From: an uncultured delta proteobacterium
GTDB lineage: Bacteria; Desulfobacterota; Syntrophobacteria; Syntrophobacterales; Syntrophobacteraceae
Direction of reading: 5' to 3'
NCBI GenBank assembly: GCA_963808625.1
Contig: CAWEHK010000036.1
Location: 1-64,000, forward strand
DNA: 64,000 bases
Position 1 is the stretch's first letter. Each line of letters begins with the position of its first letter. Below the pieces are notes generated by a model. The model ran no database searches and was not told the origin of the DNA. It saw nothing but the letters and a program-made list of their open reading frames with translations. The position numbers and the translations under genes are program-made. This document shows, piece after piece, positions 33,505 to 44,465 of this stretch.

Positions 33505-34105
33505 GTAGGGGCGGGCTTTATGTCCGCCCGCAATGGGCAGGCCGATTAGCGCTATTGTTCAGCTAGGCGAAGCCAAGGCTGGTTTTTCCGAAGCAAAACC
33601 CCTCAACCTTTCATTCCCGCAGGGTTTTTGAGGGGAATCCAGCTTTCAAAGGCTCAAAACCTGGATTCCCGACAAAAGCTTTCGGGAATGACGGTTGATT
33701 ACATCCATGGCTGAAGCTCGACACCAATCGGGATGGGCAATGACTTCGGCGCATTTCGGGAGGGGATAAACGCCATATGCATCAAGCTTAGGTTTACCCG
33801 AGGTGTAGTCATGCCTGCGACTGGTTGCCAGTCGGATGATGAATGCCCTGAAAGGGCTTTATAAATTAGCCCAGGGTCAGCAACAGCGTCACCCTGGGAT
33901 GGGAAGTCCAATCCCCTTTTCCCTTACCCTGAAAGGGTTAGATAAATCGTCGTGTCGGTATGTTTTATGTAACCCCTTCAGGGTAGATATTCGTGTTGTA
34001 CTTGGCTCCCCAGGGTGGCGCTATCGCTTACCCTGGGCTAATTTATGGAGCCCCTTCAGGGCAGAAAAGTTAGCTTGATGCATAGGGGATAAACCCCTCC
34101 CCTAC
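33505..34105. repeat. GTAG REP doublet expanded by nested palindromic elements
   Basis: Ends match 20777-20853; inside are ATTCCC..GGGAAT palindromes (33611-33693) and MITE type 3. Confidence 0.7.
33772..34088. mobile_element. MITE type 3 carrying a long CCCTGAAAGGG/CCCTTCAGGG hairpin
   Basis: TIR core TATGCATCAAGCT/AGCTTGATGCATA; ATAAAC duplicated on both flanks; hairpin 33845-34062. Confidence 0.7.
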
Positions 34106-34189
34106 GGTCTGAATTCAGATCTGTGGAGTTCCCAGATGGAATTTGGATAGTGCCCGAACGATTCAGAGCGATCAATGGGGTTTTCATTC

Positions 34190-34298
34190 CGGCATCCGAT
34201 ACCCGATACCCGACATCCGATATCCGAAATCCGACATCCAACATCCGATATCCGATACCCGAAATCAACTTGATTAATATCGAATATCGAATATCGAA
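34190..34298. repeat. 7-mer tandem tract (ATCCGAT/ATATCGA)
   Basis: More than ten period-7 units. Confidence 0.85.
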
Positions 34299-34527
34299 CA
34301 AGGAACCGCAGTCATTCATGTCCCTTCGGGACACCCGAAGACGCATGAAAAGCTGTACGGTGGCGACCAGACCGACTCGGTTTTCCAAAACCGAGTCGGT
34401 CTTTGAAGGTACGGCCTGCCCACCATGGCTTTTCGGAGCAGAATGTCGAGGAAGGGGTCGGGATCTTGAGACTCCTATGCGACTTGCGGTACATTTATAT
34501 CGCTCCACTGATTGCCCTATATTTTCA

Positions 34528-37013
34528 TCACTGGCCTGCGGGACCATCTGCTTCGAGACGGAACGACACCGAGACAGAGCGCTCTCGATCGCCGGTGGAT
34601 GCCGGGAAGCGCCATGTCTGAATGAGAGTTCTGAGGCACAATTCCAGTCCGTTCAGGGTGAGCTGGCGGGAGCTGATTTTGACCTCTTTGACGTTGCCAG
34701 CGGCATCAACGACCCATTCGGCAACGAGCTCTCCCGTATTTTCTGTTGCGAGGAAGGCAAGGCAGCGGTCCCTCAGTGTTTTGAGGTGCTGCTGCACGAC
34801 TTCCCGTACTGACTGCTCGGTCAATCCTCCGGTGACGGTGATCTTCCCAAGGGTCAGTCTGTGGTTGGAGTCGCCTTCCTCAGGGCTTTCCTTCAACTTT
34901 TCGCCTTGGGTCACCTCCGTTTTCCCGTCAGTTTTGTCTAGGGCGGATTGTTCTTTGGATTCCCTGCTTTTCATCGATTCCGCAACGGGCGGAGCCGGGG
35001 CAGAGAGCATTCTTGGGACGGCCATGCGCAGCATTCCCGACGGCATAATCGGAAACCCCTTCGGGCAAGGGGAGGGGTTGCATGACCGTCGACACTTCGC
35101 CGTCGGTTCGGCGGACCTCGGTGTCGACGGCGACAAAAGAGGTGTAAGCCGTGAGCAGGTTGTATTGCAAGGCCAGCTCCGTAATCTCGGAAATGCGGTG
35201 GTCATCGCTCTGCAGGCGGTTATCGTCACCGAGTTGGGCGATGCGGGTCCGCGCCCAGAGGTAGCGGAGGGCCGCATTGTCGACAATCGGCTCGGCGTCT
35301 GCCACATCAATCGTTGCGGCATAGCTGCGATCCCCGGCAATGCCCTGGAGCGTGATCTTTCCGGTTGGCTTGCCGCGCCACTTGCCGAAAACGGTCACCG
35401 GGCGTTCGGCAAAAACATCCGGTACTCCCGCCGGTTCAACGTCGTAGACCTCGAAGGCGCCGAAATCGATTGTGATCCGAGTCAGGAGAGGGGATTGGAT
35501 GTACTCCCGGAACCGCTCCGCCATGACCTGAGCCTGGTCGGGTTTGGTAATGACGAATGGTTCGCCGGAACCCGCCCGGGCCATGCCTTCGATGAGGAAG
35601 CGGTTGACGCTTGAGCCGATCCCGAAGGCGAAGAAATTGGCCTTCCCGAGCTCTTTGCGAATGAGGGCAAAGGCTTCCGGTTCGACCGTCACGTAACCAT
35701 CCGTGGCGATCACTACCGTACGCGCCGCCCTTTCCGTGCGCGGCAAAGCCAGGGCCCGCTTGAGCGCCGGCAGGAGTTCCGTTCCTCCGCCGCCTTGCTG
35801 ACGGTCGATGACTTCCATGGCATGGCGGAGGTTTTCAGGGGTTGCCGGGAGCGACTGCGGGGCCAGCAGGGCTGAACCGCCTGAAAACAGCAGCACGTTG
35901 AAGGTGTCGCTCGGCCGCAGATTCGTGAGCAGTTCACGCATCAACCGTTTGCTTATGTCGAGCGGGAAGCCATGCATGGAACCGGAGACATCCACAATGA
36001 AAAGGTATTCCCGCGGCGGGATTTGACTCTGGCTGATACGCTTGGGAGGCTGCACGGAAAGCAGAAAGAAGTTTTCCTCCCGGCCCTGGTAGAGCAGCAA
36101 CCCGGACTCGATCACCTGGCCGGAGAGCCGGTATCTGAGGATAAAGTCACGATTGCCTCCTGATTTTTCGGCTGGCTCGAGCGTTGCCGTTGCCCGCGAA
36201 CGATCCTCGTAGCGAATAGCCACTTTATGGGAAGGGCAGGTCATCTCCTGAATCGGTACGCCCGGGGTCAGGCGAATAGTAATATCGAAAGCATAGGGGG
36301 GTGGTTCACCCTGGTGCAGATAGGGATTTCTTGACCATTTTTCCGCAGGCGGTGCAGTGTTCATCGGCTGGTTGGAATAGCGGGGACCCACCACCGTCGG
36401 ATACACGAATTCATATACCCCAGCGGTCGGCGTAATCAATTCCGTGTATTGCAGTTCGGTCTTGATTGTATCGCCGGGGAGGATGTTGGCCACATTCATC
36501 TGGAAGACGTTCGGCCGCTGCTGTTCGAGCAGCGAGGCGCTTCGTCCCTCCTGTTTCGCCTGATCGTAGGCAGCACGCGCCTCTTCCCGCTTCTTAATGA
36601 CGGCGGTGATCGTCCTTTCACCGATGGTCATTTTCATTCCGTATACGGCGGCTTTTGTGGATGCGGGGAAAATATAGATCGCTTCCAGAGGGGTTCGCCC
36701 TTCATTCCGGTAAACCTGAGTAACCTTGACATCGGCAATGACCCCGGCAATGTTCGCCGTCACGGATGTGGTTTTGAGCGGGAGCTGATCGACGGACAGG
36801 TCGTCACTCTTGACGAAGAAATAGGGCGACAGCGTCTTGTCGCCGTCTTCCGATACCTGGGCGCCATTGCCGGCTCCCGGGGAAACAGGGGGCAGGGTTT
36901 GGCCGTAAGCGGTGCCGCCCGCTGCCCTGAAAAGGATGGTCCAGACAGTGACGGCCAGCACGATGACGGTGAGCCGTCCTGACAGGTTTGCTGACGATTC
37001 TCTGGATTTCCAT
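34528..37013 (-). CDS. Exported VIT + vWA domain protein with C-terminal AgmX/PglI (TonB-C-like) domain (frameshifts)
   Basis: PLEAIYIFPAS VIT motif, VDVSGSM MIDAS, GGGGTEL, TDG, LLTAYTSFVAVD; C-term CLRTLIQTWRFP. Confidence 0.85.
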
Positions 37014-37105
37014 GAGGTGCCTCCTTTGGGTTGAAGTGTCAAATTGCTTCCACTCCATTGGACAAAGAGGCAGAAGAAAAGTTCCCGGAATTTGAAAAAA
37101 GGGGA

Positions 37106-38122
37106 TTATTGGAGCTGGATAAGTTTGATCTGAATTTCGAATTCTTCGTGGTCTACTGCCGCTGCTGCCATCCTTTGCGCAGCTTCTTCACCAGATTCTT
37201 TGATGTGGCCCACCTGACGCAGCCTCTCCAGAAAGGGAGAATAACTGCGAGCGGGGATGCGGACAATGATCGTTGAGGGTTCCTTCGTTTCCGTTCGAGA
37301 TGAGGCAGCGATGACCGTTCCTCCCAGGGCTTTCGCCGCTGCTTGGATCAGTTCGCCGGCCTGGCGCGAATCCGAGGGGGGCAACGCCTCCTCCTTGCGG
37401 GGGGCATTGGTCGGTGCCTGAGAAATACCCTCCATGGGGGGCCGAGTTGCCCGGTGATGGGTGCTTGCGCCTTTCGCCGAACCGGTTCGGGCTTCCCTTC
37501 CCGCAAGGGCGCAACGGAAAGGGGCTGGCGTTCGGTCGCAGGTTCCGGTTTTTGGATCGGGTTCACAACCAGTGCGAGTTCGATCCGTTTCGGCGCCGAT
37601 GCTGGAGGGCTGGCCGCCGCTTTATCCTGGTTTGCCTCTTTTTCAGCGGCGGGCAGGATCGCTTGCCCGGTGCCGTTGGAGACGGCTGGAACGCTTTTGG
37701 CTTCCTTCTGGTGGGGCGCCTGGTAGGCAAAAACGAGCAGGAGGGTGGCCAGAGCGACTCCCGCCAGCTCCATGGGAAGCTTGACTCTCAGCGGGTAGAA
37801 CAGCCATTTCGCGAGTCTTCTCCATCCGGAAGGCTGCTCGATGCGTTCGTGAACGGGTTGGCTCTTGGCTCTTAGCTCTTGGCTTTTGGTCTTCAGTACG
37901 GAAGCCTGTTCGATGCGTTCGTGAACAGCGGCCAGGAAATCCGGGTGGCGCGTTGACCTTTTCGATACCGGCCATGGTTCTGAGGTAAGCCTGGAGGGAA
38001 TGCAGTTCCGCAGCGCAGCCCTCACATGACGCCAGGTGTTCTTCCACCAGCTTCTTCGTCGATGGAACCAGAAGATCGTCCACGTATTCGGACAGCAAAG
38101 GGGACACTTCAGAGCATTTCAC
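37106..38122 (-). CDS. Anti-sigma factor with zf-HC2 zinc finger and TM helix (frameshifts)
   Basis: MKCSEV..LSEYVD..EHLASCEGC; TM; directly follows ECF sigma. Confidence 0.8.
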
Positions 38123-38728
38123 TCAAATCAATCCTTTCAGCTTCCGGCGGAGTTGCTCTCTTGCCCGGGCCAGCTTGGATTTCACCGTGCCCGGATTATA
38201 ACCCGTTATGCGCACGATTTCCTCGTAGGAAAGGCCTTCGATGTCCCGCAGAACGGTCACGATTTTGGCCTCGTGCGGCAATTCGTCAATGGCTTGCTGA
38301 AGCAGGCGATCCTGCTCCTTTTTCGTGAGCTGGGCGAGAGCATCCGGCGCCGGGTCCTCGATCTCGATGCCGCCTGAACCTTCCGTGTCCTCAGGGGATG
38401 AGTCAAGGCGCAGCATTTTTTGCCGGTATCTATGTTCCAGAGATTTGAGCCTATTTCTGCAAATGTTCACGGCGATCGCCAGAAGCCAGGTGGAAAGGCT
38501 CGCTTCAAAGCGGAAATCCTTCAACGCCCGGTAAGCCTGCACAAAGGTTTCCTGAGCGCAGTCACGGGCCTCTTCATATTCCCCCACCATCCGATAACAC
38601 AGGTTGAACACCTTGTTCTGGTAACGGCGCACCAGTTTATCGAAGGCGCTCCGGTCATTGTTCAAAAAGGCCCGGACCCAGGAAAACTCTTCCTCCCTTG
38701 GCGATGTGATCTCGTGCTCTTCGTTCAT
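38123..38728 (-). CDS. ECF sigma-70 family factor
   Basis: AQETFVQAY, LSTWLLAIAVN, EGLSYEEI..GTVKSKLARAR. Confidence 0.93.
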   Translation of the reverse strand: MNEEHEITSPREEEFSWVRAFLNNDRSAFDKLVRRYQNKVFNLCYRMVGEYEEARDCAQETFVQAYRALKDFRFEASLSTWLLAIAVNICRNRLKSLEHRYRQKMLRLDSSPEDTEGSGGIEIEDPAPDALAQLTKKEQDRLLQQAIDELPHEAKIVTVLRDIEGLSYEEIVRITGYNPGTVKSKLARAREQLRRKLKGLI

Positions 38729-38761
38729 ATAGACAACTTCGGAACGGATTGGTTCCAGTCA

Positions 38762-38826
38762 AGCAGTGGTCAGTGAACAGTGGCCAGTAATCAGTAATCA
38801 GTGGTCAGTGAAAAGTGATCAGTGGC
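38762..38826. repeat. 7-mer tract (GTGGTCA/GTAATCA); inverted partner at 39290-39365
   Basis: cagtggtcagtgaacagtggccagtaatcagtaatcagtggtcagtg vs cactgatcactgttactgaccactgccactgaccact. Confidence 0.75.
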
Positions 38827-38879
38827 TATTCAACAGTGTTTATACCCGTTAAGGATTGAGAGTTGTGTCTTTTATCTTT

Positions 38880-38966
38880 CTGGATGCCCGCCAGAAGCAC
38901 GCGGGCATGACAATAGGGTGGCTGCTGCCGGACCGTCAACCCGCAGGCTGTTGGCGGGAATCCAGA
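38880..38966. repeat. ATTCCC/GGGAAT-family palindromic element
   Basis: TCTGGATGCCCGCC..GCGGGCATGAC ... GGCGGGAATCCAGA. Confidence 0.6.
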
Positions 38967-39374
38967 AACTGAGGCAAAACAGGATTTGGCCCTTAACGAG
39001 TATAGTATGCAGCAGCGGGGGCGCTCTTTCATGCTTTCAGGGTGCCTCCAGCGGGAAAGCCGCTTAAGGTTGACAGAAATTCTTTCTGGAGGCTATGGTT
39101 TTTCTCCTGCCTTGGTCCTTTTGACGACTTGTCGGCAAGGACTGGCAGGGTATAGTAGCTTGCTTCGAAAATTTGGCAGGAGTCGCTTTTGATGCTTTGA
39201 AGCGCCTCCGAAATTCATTCTGGAGGCAGCGGCGCAAACCGGTAAAATGATGGATGGAAGCTTGTGGCAAACCATTGTCCGGCCAATGATGACCAATCAC
39301 GGCCGACTGGCTACCAGCCACTAATCACTGATCACTGTTACTGACCACTGCCACTGACCACTACCAAGGTGCCC

Positions 39375-40263
39375 ATGAAACGTCGATGGATTCGTATTGA
39401 AGTGCCATGCAGCCCCGCCCTTGCTGATGACATGGCGGCAGAAATAGCGGAAGCGTTTGAAGTCGGGATCGAAATCCTCGATACGGGGGTTTGCTTCTAT
39501 TTGGAGGAAGAACATTTTCTTGCAGACGGGCAGGATAACCTGGTGCGGGTGCTCAGGAATTTTGGGGAAACGCAGCGCCTTGAAGGGCTGCCGGCATACT
39601 CGTTTTCCTCGATTCCCGACGAGGATTGGATGGAGCAATGGAAAGTCAATTTCAAGCCCCTGCGCGTAGGGAAGCATCTGGTCGTTGCGCCGACCTGGGA
39701 GGAGGTCGCGCGAATCCTGAGGATCGGATCATCCGGATTGACCCGGGAATGGCTTTTGGAACGGGCCATCATGAAACGACCAGGTTGTGCCTGGAGTGGC
39801 TTGAAGAGTGGGCTGGTCGTCAGCAGGAACGGTCGTCAGCATCATTGCTCGATGTCGGGACCGGTTCCGGAATCCTGGCCATTGCCGGCGCGTTGTTGGG
39901 ATTCGGACGAATCGTGGCGGTGGACAACGATCCGGAAGCGGTTGCGGTAGCCCGAGATAATCTCATCCTGAATGAGTGTGGCGGACAGGATTGTCCTGCA
40001 AGCGGGAACGGTTGCCGATATGCGCAACGGGTTTGATGTTGTGCTTGCCAACATCCAGGCTTTGCCGCTAATAGACATGGCAGCATTATTAGTGGAGCGA
40101 ATGAATCCTTCTGCCGCGCTGGTGCTGAGCGGAATATTGCTGGAGCAAAAAGACGCCGTTCAATCTTCCTTTGAACGACAGGGCCTGAGACTCTGCCGGG
40201 TCGAAATTCGCCGGCGAATGGTGTCTGCTGGAATTCGAGCAGTCGCAAGAGGGCCGGGAATGA
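39375..40263 (+). CDS. prmA: 50S ribosomal protein L11 methyltransferase (frameshifts)
   Basis: [45 protein letters not shown]. Confidence 0.9.
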
Positions 40264-40300
40264 TGCCGGTATCAGTTCTCAGAAAAATAGCTGGAAAATG

Positions 40301-40360
40301 CGTGGGGCAGGCTTTCCAGCCTGCCTGAGCGTTCCGGCAGGCTGGAAAGCCTGCCCCACA
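40301..40360. repeat. REP-like hairpin (same core as MITE type 1)
   Basis: GTGGGGCAGGCTTTCCAGCCTGCC..GGCAGGCTGGAAAGCCTGCCCCAC. Confidence 0.8.
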
Positions 40361-40402
40361 TGAGGAGTTTGTGTCCTTTATTTAGAGGAGTTTTGTGTCC
40401 TT

Positions 40403-40532
40403 GTACACCTCCGCATAAATAAGTGTCCGAAGTCGAGGCGAGTTTCTGGCGGGAATGCAGGTGAATCTGGATTCCCGAAGAGCATGCGGGAATGACGTTG
40501 GGTAATGGACACTCTATTATGTCGAGCTGTAC
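40403..40532. mobile_element. MITE type 2, inverted copy
   Basis: Starts with the exact reverse complement (GTACACCTCCGCATAAATAAGTGTC) of the right end of 20528-20681. Confidence 0.7.
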
Positions 40533-40577
40533 TTAGTTTAGACGAAAATAGAGAGCGGGGAGCAAGGAGCAGGAACG

Positions 40578-41808
40578 ATGCAGCACGAGATAACAGGGAC
40601 CTGGATTGCCATTGGAAGAACGCGGGACGCTGGAGGTGCCATCCCATCCAAACATCGGATTCATCGAGGGGGACGGTGTGGGGCCGGACATCTGGGCAGC
40701 CGCACGAGGCGTCCTGGATGCGGCGGTGGCAAAGGCATACCCAGGCAAAAGAAAGATTTGCTGGGTGGAGCTCATGGCGGGTGAAAAAGCTTACCGCACC
40801 ACCGGAGAGTACCTTCCCGAGCGCACCCTGGAGATGCTTCGTCAATGTGTTGTGGCGATTAAGGGGCCCCTGACCACCCCCGTGGGCGGAGGGATCCGCA
40901 GCGTCAATGTCACCCTGCGGCAGGTGCTCGACCTTTATGCCTGCATTCGTCCGGTTCGCTACTATCCGGGCATCCCCGCGCCGGTGAAGCACCCGGAAAG
41001 AGTCAACGTGGTCATTTTCCGCGAGAACACCGAGGACCTCTATACCGGCATCGAATGGCCGGCAGGATCGCCGGAAGCAAAGAAGCTGCTGATGATTTTG
41101 CGGGACCAGTTTGGCATAACCCTTCCCGAAGAATCCGGGATCGGGGTCAAAGCCATGAGCCGTGCGGGCACCGAACGCCTGGTACGGCGCGCCATCCAGT
41201 ACGCTCTGGCAAAGGGATTGGCGTCCGTCACCCTGGTCCACAAGGGCAATATCATGAAATTCACCGAAGGAGCGTTCCGGGAATGGGGTTATGGGCTGGC
41301 ACGGGCGGAATTCCCGGAACAAACCCTGACCGAAGTCGAGCTTTTCGAGAAATTTCATGGCGCCGCCCCGACCGGGCGGGTGGTGATCAAAGACCGGATT
41401 GCCGACAGCATGTTCCAGCAAGCCCTGCTGCGTCCGGAAGAGTATCACGTTCTGGCCACGCCGAATTTGAATGGAGATTATTTGTCCGATGCGCTGGCAG
41501 CTCAAGTAGGAGGGATCGGCATGAGCCCGGGGGCCAATATCGGCGATACCTGCGCCGTCTTCGAGGCCACCCATGGTTCGGCGCCAAAGTATGCCGGGAT
41601 GGACAAGGTAAATCCCGGTTCCTTGATCCTCTCCGGGGTGATGATGCTCGAACATCTGGGCTGGACGGAAGCAGCCGAACGGATTCGCGGCGGCCTCGAG
41701 CGGACGATTGCGGAGAGGATTGTGACCTACGATCTGGCGCGCCAGATGGACGGAGCAAAGGAAGTCCGGTGCTCGGAGTTTGCTCGCGCGATTGTTGAGC
41801 TTATGTAG
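40578..41808 (+). CDS. icd: NADP-dependent isocitrate dehydrogenase (probable frameshift near start)
   Basis: [53 protein letters not shown]. Confidence 0.95.
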
Positions 41809-41838
41809 GGCGGCGGCCAGGAATAAGAAGCCTTTTTG

Positions 41839-41896
41839 CCACGAAGAACACGAAGAACACGAAGTGATTTCTTCGTGCTCTTCGTGTTCTTCGTGG
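41839..41896. repeat. Inverted pair of 9-mer tracts (CACGAAGAA)
   Basis: cacgaagaacacgaagaacacgaag ... cttcgtgctcttcgtgttcttcgtgg; similar at about 17095-17195 and 62639-62705. Confidence 0.8.
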
Positions 41897-42014
41897 TTCG
41901 AATAGGGGCTGAAATGAGTGCAAGTTGTTTTTGGACAGTTGCTATGCACTTGATATATAGAGGCAAGCTGCGATGCGCCATTGCTGCAGATAACGACGTA
42001 CATCAACGAACGCG

Positions 42015-42042
42015 TTGACTCACACATAAAAAGGTGTATAAA
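42015..42042 (+). promoter_or_regulatory. Putative sigma70 promoter of the RHH-MazF module
   Basis: TTGACT-N16-TATAAA with ACAC..GTGT dyad in the spacer. Confidence 0.5.
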
Positions 42043-42078
42043 AATGCGTAAGTCATTGCGAACTTAAAAGGGGTAGAA

Positions 42079-42321
42079 ATGGACAAAGTGAGGCTCAACC
42101 TTGTCCTGCCACGGAGCCTTGTTCAAGAGATGGAGGCCATGGCTGGTTCCAGGAGGCGAAGCCAGTTCATTGTCGAGGCCATTAGAGACCGGATCGCTGC
42201 GTTGCAGAAGGAGAAACTTCAAAAACGCATGGCGGAGGGCTACCGAGCGACCTGGGAAGAGGACCGAAAACTGGCCGAGGAATTTACTGCTGTGGACGTG
42301 GAGAATTGGGATGAGTATTAG
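42079..42321 (+). CDS. Ribbon-helix-helix (CopG-like) antitoxin
   Basis: VRLNLVLP..RRSQFIVEAI..MAEGY; overlaps toxin start. Confidence 0.8.
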   Translation: MDKVRLNLVLPRSLVQEMEAMAGSRRRSQFIVEAIRDRIAALQKEKLQKRMAEGYRATWEEDRKLAEEFTAVDVENWDEY

Positions 42322-42655
42322 ACGCGGGGAGGTTTATCTCGCTTCCCTTGATCCTGCGGTTGGCAGCGAAATATCTAAAACCAGGCCTGTTATTATTGTG
42401 TCAAACGACATCAACAATGAATATGCAGCAACGGTGACGGTCCTGCCCATCACCTCTAGCAGGCTCGACAAGGTTTATCCCTATGAAGTCCTTCTGCCAA
42501 AAGGCATGGCCAATCTCCCCAAGGCATCCAAAGCCAAGGCCAATCAAATCAGGACCCTTGATCGAAGCAGAATGGTCAAACTTATTGGAAAAATAGAAGT
42601 AGACGTGATTGCTGAGGTCGAGAAGGCCATCAGACTCCATCTGGATCTTATGTGA
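42311..42655 (+). CDS. mazF: PemK/MazF family toxin
   Basis: RRGEVYLASLDPAVGSEISKTRPVIIVSND..QIRTLDRSR. Confidence 0.9.
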   Translation: MSIRRGEVYLASLDPAVGSEISKTRPVIIVSNDINNEYAATVTVLPITSSRLDKVYPYEVLLPKGMANLPKASKAKANQIRTLDRSRMVKLIGKIEVDVIAEVEKAIRLHLDLM

Positions 42656-42733
42656 GGTTCAGACCTCCGCTAAGCGTGATCGCTCCGACGGACGTGGAAA
42701 ACGCCAAGCGATCGTCGTTGCTTGTAAGTCCTT

Positions 42734-43531
42734 GTGGAACCTGCCCAGTGGACTCATGTGCTAAAAGAACGTTTAAGCAAAATTAGAGCTTCTCTTTTGG
42801 ATCTGTTCCTGCCGAGGCGATGTGCCGGATGCCAGAAAACCTGGCTCCACAGTCACCAGGGCTTCTGGTGCGATGGCTGCCGGGAGGCACTGCCCTGGAT
42901 TGAATCTCCGCTCTGCCCAAGGTGCGGGCGCCCCTTCCCCAAAAGCGCGTCATCTCCCGATCATTTGTGCGGCGATTGTCTGCAGTCCGTCTTCTTGTTT
43001 GACCGGGCGCGTTCTGCGACGCAGCATGCGGGGGTGGTTCGCAAGCGGGTCCATCAGTTGAAATTTGGGGGCCAGCTCCATTGGGCGCGGCCTCTTGCCG
43101 AATTGCTGGTACCGCTGTTCCGCCGTGAAACTCTGCCTGCCGTGGACATGGTCTTACCGGTCCCCCTCCATGTGAAACGTCTGCGACAAAGAGGCTTCAA
43201 CCAGGCTGGGTTGCTCGCGAAAGCTCTTGGCCGTCAGCTTGGCCTTCCTGTCCAGTTCGAGGTCCTCGTCCGAAAGTGCTGGACGGAACCGCAGACGCGT
43301 TTGAACCGGGAACAACGCCTGCAGAATGTCAAGGATGCCTTCCAGGTGCCGGTTCCCGGCAAGGTCAAAGGACGTCGCGTGCTCCTCATTGATGATGTCT
43401 TCACCACCGGGACGACCCTCAATGAATGCACCAAGACCCTGCGCGCAGCCGGCGTCCTGGAGGTTCACGCCTTCACCGTGTCCCGGGCACTACCGGACGG
43501 GAAGAGGGAAGATGAAGCGAGGATCGCGTGA
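42734..43531 (+). CDS. comF: ComF family protein (double zinc ribbon + PRTase)
   Basis: CxxC pairs, RGFNQA, LLIDDVFTTGTT. Confidence 0.9.
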   Translation: MEPAQWTHVLKERLSKIRASLLDLFLPRRCAGCQKTWLHSHQGFWCDGCREALPWIESPLCPRCGRPFPKSASSPDHLCGDCLQSVFLFDRARSATQHAGVVRKRVHQLKFGGQLHWARPLAELLVPLFRRETLPAVDMVLPVPLHVKRLRQRGFNQAGLLAKALGRQLGLPVQFEVLVRKCWTEPQTRLNREQRLQNVKDAFQVPVPGKVKGRRVLLIDDVFTTGTTLNECTKTLRAAGVLEVHAFTVSRALPDGKREDEARIA

Positions 43532-43536
43532 AGCGA

Positions 43537-44360
43537 TCACTTCATAGCGAGCTTCGAAGCGCGGTCAAGAATACCGGACTGCTTCAGCCAGGGGAGGCTC
43601 GAGGCGACGAGGAAGGGGCCATTGACCAAATTGGGTTTGTTGTAGATGAAAGGCTCGCCGTCTGGGGCCACCATGACCCCTCCGGCGGCGATCACAATCG
43701 CCTGACCCGCCGCCGTATCCCATTCCCAGGTGGGACCCAACCGAGGATACAGATCCGCTTCGCCGGCGGCGACGGCACAGAATTTTAAGGAGCTGCCCCG
43801 GGAAACGGATTCATGGGCTGGAAGGACCTCCAGAAGCGCCTCCAGGTCGGGGGACGGATGGGACCGGCTTTTCAGTACTCGTAATGCACCTGCCGGCTGA
43901 ACCGTTTTGACCTGGAGCCTGCGTCTCCCGGTTTCCGTGATTTCCCAACAACCGTGGCAAGTGTCGGCAAGATAGAGCCGCTCGCGGACGGGAAGATAAA
44001 TGACGCCCATCGTCGGCGTGCTTCCTTCGATTAAGGCTATGTTGACGGTGAATTCGCCATTCCTTTTGACAAACTCCTTGGTACCGTCCAGGGGATCCAC
44101 CAGCCAGAATCGATCCCAGGATTTCCGGGCGGCATAGGCAACTTCCTTACCCTCCTCGGAAAGCACCGGGATTTCCGGATACTCCGACTGCAATCCCGCG
44201 ACAATGACCTGGTGGGACCGCCGGTCTGCCAGGGTAAGAGGGGAAAAATCTTCCTTCCGCTCCACCTCGAAATCCGTCTCGTAAACCTCCAATATAGCCT
44301 TCCCGGCCTTTCTGGCCAGATCACCCAAAACCTCAAATCGATCACTTCCTTTGCCATCAT
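43537..44360 (-). CDS. cysQ: 3'(2'),5'-bisphosphate nucleotidase (frameshift near start)
   Basis: SPLTLAD, LSEE, LVDPLDGTKEF, GSSLKFC, WEWDTAAG. Confidence 0.92.
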
Positions 44361-44370
44361 CAAGAACTCC

Positions 44371-44464
44371 CCCTCAACCATCCCCCATCAACCCTCAACC
44401 CTCAACTATCAACCCTCAACCATCCCCCATCAACCCTCAACCATCAACCATCAACCATCAACCC
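44371..44464. repeat. 7-mer tandem tract (ACCATCA/ACCCTCA)
   Basis: About thirteen period-7 units. Confidence 0.85.
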
Positions 44465-44465
44465 C

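Noticed and set aside
34123..34812. ORF with SDIRNPT-like repeats (similar cases at 20789-21047)
   Set aside because: Translation of the heptamer DNA tracts; no evidence it is a real protein
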